Below, piece by piece: positions 61,170-64,000 of a stretch of DNA of 64,000 nt (positions are counted from its first letter, which is position 1; each line of letters opens with the position of its first letter). The DNA comes from Burkholderiaceae bacterium (GTDB lineage: Bacteria > Pseudomonadota > Gammaproteobacteria > Burkholderiales > Burkholderiaceae_D). The stretch spans positions 1,009-65,008 of the forward strand of contig JAGTRJ010000029.1 of the NCBI GenBank assembly GCA_018261755.1, read 5' to 3'. Below the pieces are notes generated by a model. It was not told the origin of the DNA, did no database searches, and was given only the letters and a program-made list of their open reading frames with translations. Both the position numbers and the translations under genes were made by a program.

Positions 61170-62090
61170 ATGTCATCGAATTCGCACGGTTCCCTCAGGG
61201 CGATTCTGTACGCACTCGGCGCCAATGGCGGGATTGCCGTGTGCAAGTTCGCCGCGTCGCTGTACACCGGCTCGAACACGCTGCTGGCGGAGGCGATCCA
61301 TTCGCTGGCCGACTGTGTGAATCAGGTTTTCCTGCTGTTCGGCTTGCGCGAATCGAGAAAGCCGCCGGACAGGGCGCATCCGATGGGCTACGGCCGCGTG
61401 GTGTATTTCTGGGCGATGATGGTCGCGCTGCTGCTGTTTTTCATGGGAGGCGCGTTTTCGGTGATGGAGGGCATTGCGCACCTGTCGCATCCCGAACCGA
61501 TGGCAAACACCACGGTGGCGATGGTCGTGTTGGGCGTGGCGGTCGTGCTCGAGGCGGTGTCGCTGTTTGGCGCGATGAAGGAAATCCGCCGCATCGCGAA
61601 AGGCAAATCGTTTTTGCGCTGGTTCCGCGAAACACGGCAGTCCGAACTGATGGTGGTCGCGGGCGAAGACATTGCCGCACTGCTTGGCTTGGCGATTGCA
61701 TTCGGCGCCGTCACGTTGACGGTTGTGACTGGCAACCCGGTATGGGATGCGCTGGGCTCGATCATGGTTGGCCTGCTGCTGATGGTGGTGGCCGGTTTCA
61801 TCACGCGCGAAGTGAAGGCGATGATTACCGGTGAATCGGCCGACCCGGAATTGCAGGCCGAGATCAGCGCGCATATTGAAAGCCGGCCGGAAGTCGAGCG
61901 CGTGCTGCATCTGATCACGCTGCAATGGGGCGAGCAATTGATGGTGGCGGTGCAGGCGAAAATGGCGCCGCAGCCATCCGATCGTGCGCTGATCGATGCC
62001 ATCAACTGCGTCGAGGACAGTCTGCAGGTGCGCTGGCCGCAAATCAAATGGTGTTTTTTCGAACCGGACATTGTGAAGGAACAAGAGTGA
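61170..62090 (+). CDS. Cation diffusion facilitator (CDF) family metal efflux transporter
   Basis: The ORF is 61077..62090, with the likely start at ATG 61170 (MSSNSHGSLRAI). It has six TM segments, HSLADCVNQ in TM2, and a C-terminal cytoplasmic domain. Confidence 0.8.
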   Translation: MSSNSHGSLRAILYALGANGGIAVCKFAASLYTGSNTLLAEAIHSLADCVNQVFLLFGLRESRKPPDRAHPMGYGRVVYFWAMMVALLLFFMGGAFSVMEGIAHLSHPEPMANTTVAMVVLGVAVVLEAVSLFGAMKEIRRIAKGKSFLRWFRETRQSELMVVAGEDIAALLGLAIAFGAVTLTVVTGNPVWDALGSIMVGLLLMVVAGFITREVKAMITGESADPELQAEISAHIESRPEVERVLHLITLQWGEQLMVAVQAKMAPQPSDRALIDAINCVEDSLQVRWPQIKWCFFEPDIVKEQE

Positions 62091-62183
62091 GGCCGTGTCC
62101 ATCGCTTACAATTTCCCCGTTTGTTTCCGTTTCCAGTATTTCCGCACAGATGTGCATGAATTCAACCGCAAGGCATATCCATA

Positions 62184-63563
62184 ATGAATTTTGATTCTTC
62201 ACCCATCGTGGCAATTGCGACTCCGGCCGGACGTGGCGGCGTCGGCGTGATTCGCATTTCAGGCAAAAACATCGATCCGCTGATACAGACGCTGTTCGGC
62301 AAGGTGGCATTGCAGCCGCGCCGTGCGAGCTACCAGCCGTTCAAGAGTGCCGACGGCAGCATCATCGATCAGGGGCTGGCGCTGTATTTCAAGGCGCCGC
62401 ATTCGTATACCGGCGAAGATGTGCTGGAGCTGCAGGCGCACGGCGGGACGATGGTGATGCAGATGCTGCTGGAACGTTGCCTCGAGGCGGGGGTGGCTAT
62501 TGGCCTGCGACTGGCCGAGCCGGGCGAATTCACGCGGCGCGCATTCATGAACGACAAGCTCGATTTGGCGCAGGCGGAAGCGGTGGCCGACTTGATCGAT
62601 GCCTCGACTGAAGCGGCAGTGCGTTCCGCTTCGCGCTCGCTGTCGGGCGTGTTTTCGAAGTCGATCCACGAACTGGTGGCGCAAATCACGAATTTGCGCC
62701 TGCTGGTCGAAGCGACGCTCGATTTCCCCGAGGAAGCGATCGACTTTTTTCAGAAAACCGATGCCGGTGAGCAGCTGGTGAAAATCCAGTCCGCGCTGGA
62801 CGCGGTGTTCACGCAGGCGGCGCAGGGCGCGCTGCTGCGCGAAGGTTTGAACGTGGTGCTGGCTGGGCCGCCGAATGTCGGCAAATCGTCGCTGCTGAAT
62901 GCGCTTGCCGGCGCGGATGTGGCCATCGTGACGCCGATTGCCGGCACTACACGCGACAAGGTGATGGAAACCATCCAGATCGAAGGCGTGCCGGTGAACC
63001 TGATCGATACCGCCGGCATCCGTGCGAGTGATGACGCTGGCGACGAGGTCGAGCGCATCGGCATCGAGCGCACCTGGAGCGAAGTGGGCCGCGCCGATGT
63101 GATCTTGCACTTGCTCGATGCCGACCGCGGGCCGACCCGCACCGATGAAGAAATCGCCGACGGCTTCCCGGAAGGCGTGCCGGTGATTCGCGTCTGGAAC
63201 AAGATCGACCTGTCCGGCCATAAACCGGCGGTGGACGTGATGGAAGGGCTGTCCAGCGTTTATCTGTCGTCGTACGAAAAGACCGGCATTGATTTGCTGC
63301 GGGCCGAACTGCTGCGCATCGCCGGCTGGCAACCGAGCGGCGAATCGTTGTACTTGGCGCGCGAGCGCCACCTGATTGCGCTCAAGAATGCGCACGAGCA
63401 TCTGGATCTGGCGGTGGCGCGCGCGGCTGAAAACGATCAGGCGCTGGACCTGTTTGCCGAGGAACTGCGGCTGATGCAGGAACAACTGGGCAATATCACC
63501 GGCGCGGTATCGTCGGACGATTTGCTCGGGATGATTTTCTCGCGCTTTTGCATCGGGAAATGA
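62184..63563 (+). CDS. mnmE: tRNA modification GTPase MnmE (TrmE)
   Basis: 459-aa ORF with [20 protein letters not shown], the G domain [14 protein letters not shown] / DTAGIR / NKIDL, and the C-terminal CIGK motif. Confidence 0.95.
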   Translation: MNFDSSPIVAIATPAGRGGVGVIRISGKNIDPLIQTLFGKVALQPRRASYQPFKSADGSIIDQGLALYFKAPHSYTGEDVLELQAHGGTMVMQMLLERCLEAGVAIGLRLAEPGEFTRRAFMNDKLDLAQAEAVADLIDASTEAAVRSASRSLSGVFSKSIHELVAQITNLRLLVEATLDFPEEAIDFFQKTDAGEQLVKIQSALDAVFTQAAQGALLREGLNVVLAGPPNVGKSSLLNALAGADVAIVTPIAGTTRDKVMETIQIEGVPVNLIDTAGIRASDDAGDEVERIGIERTWSEVGRADVILHLLDADRGPTRTDEEIADGFPEGVPVIRVWNKIDLSGHKPAVDVMEGLSSVYLSSYEKTGIDLLRAELLRIAGWQPSGESLYLARERHLIALKNAHEHLDLAVARAAENDQALDLFAEELRLMQEQLGNITGAVSSDDLLGMIFSRFCIGK

Positions 63564-63616
63564 AAGTATTTTTACGGGTTTGCGTCACTTTATAACGGAT
63601 GTCAGAAAGGTAAAAA

Positions 63617-64000
63617 ATGCGGAAAACGCTTGTTGCAGCAGCGGTGCTTAGTGCGGGTAGTCTGGCACAGGCCCAATCGAATATGACGATTTACGGTACG
63701 GTGGATGCCGGCTATGTCAAGTCGACGGGAACCAAAGCGGCGATGGGAGAGAAATACAATAACCGGCTGGGTTTCATGGGGACGGAAGACTTGGGCAATG
63801 GTCTGAAGGCGACCTTCCAGCTGGAACAGCGCTTTAACCTGTTTGACGGTTCAAGCGCGAACAGCAAGACGTTTGAAGGCGCATCGAATCTGGGGCTGAA
63901 AGGCAGCTTCGGCCAGGTGCGTTTCGGGCGGGTCGATGAACTGTCGACCGAAACCTTCCGGAGAATCGATCCGTTCGAGCAGTACGGCGTTGGCAGCATG
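63617..64000 (+). CDS. Gram-negative porin (Porin_4/OmpC-like), N-terminal part; runs off the right edge
   Basis: Not in the ORF track because there is no stop. The ATG at 63617 gives MRKTLVAAAVLSAGSLAQAQSNMTIYGTVDAGYVKS...NRLGFMGTEDLGNGLKATFQLEQRFNL...GLKGSFGQVRFGR, the typical betaproteobacterial trimeric porin N-terminus. Confidence 0.8.
   Translation, partial: MRKTLVAAAVLSAGSLAQAQSNMTIYGTVDAGYVKSTGTKAAMGEKYNNRLGFMGTEDLGNGLKATFQLEQRFNLFDGSSANSKTFEGASNLGLKGSFGQVRFGRVDELSTETFRRIDPFEQYGVGSM

Overview
The window looks like a chromosomal core region of a high-GC betaproteobacterium. Gene order suggests Burkholderiales, possibly Oxalobacteraceae: SAH riboswitch-ahcY-DUF360-metF, TPR-lolB-ispE-tRNA-Gln-prs-rplY, mnmG-rsmG...parA-parB, and xseB-ispA-dxs-folE2. 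This taxonomic placement is an inference. I could support about 55 protein genes, one tRNA-Gln, one SAH riboswitch and several rho-independent terminators. Almost all genes are housekeeping. I saw no CRISPR array, transposase, integrase, phage genes or recognisable defence system.

Four things stand out:
1. A dispersed, partly palindromic intergenic element of about 120 nt. There are 4 full-length and about 6 degenerate copies. They sit at gene ends, and some contribute stop or start codons.
2. A 5.4-kb gene for a 1802-aa DUF4347/VCBS/cadherin-like/RTX/DUF4214 exoprotein. It has three 303-bp tandem repeats, no linked type I secretion genes, a visibly AT-richer 5' part, and element copies on both sides.
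3. Four highly conserved genes (ahcY, slt, queF, rplY) each lack a conserved internal block of about 60-100 nt, and three of them are frameshifted. These are either real pseudogenes or silently closed assembly gaps.
4. Unusual operon contexts: a dynamin-like GTPase between fpg and mutY, blc and lysE inside the mnmG-rsmG-parAB cluster, and a sensor kinase coupled to a PAS-GGDEF-EAL-REC protein.

All coordinates of repeats, junctions and hairpins were read by eye and may be off by a few nt. No similarity search or computation was run.
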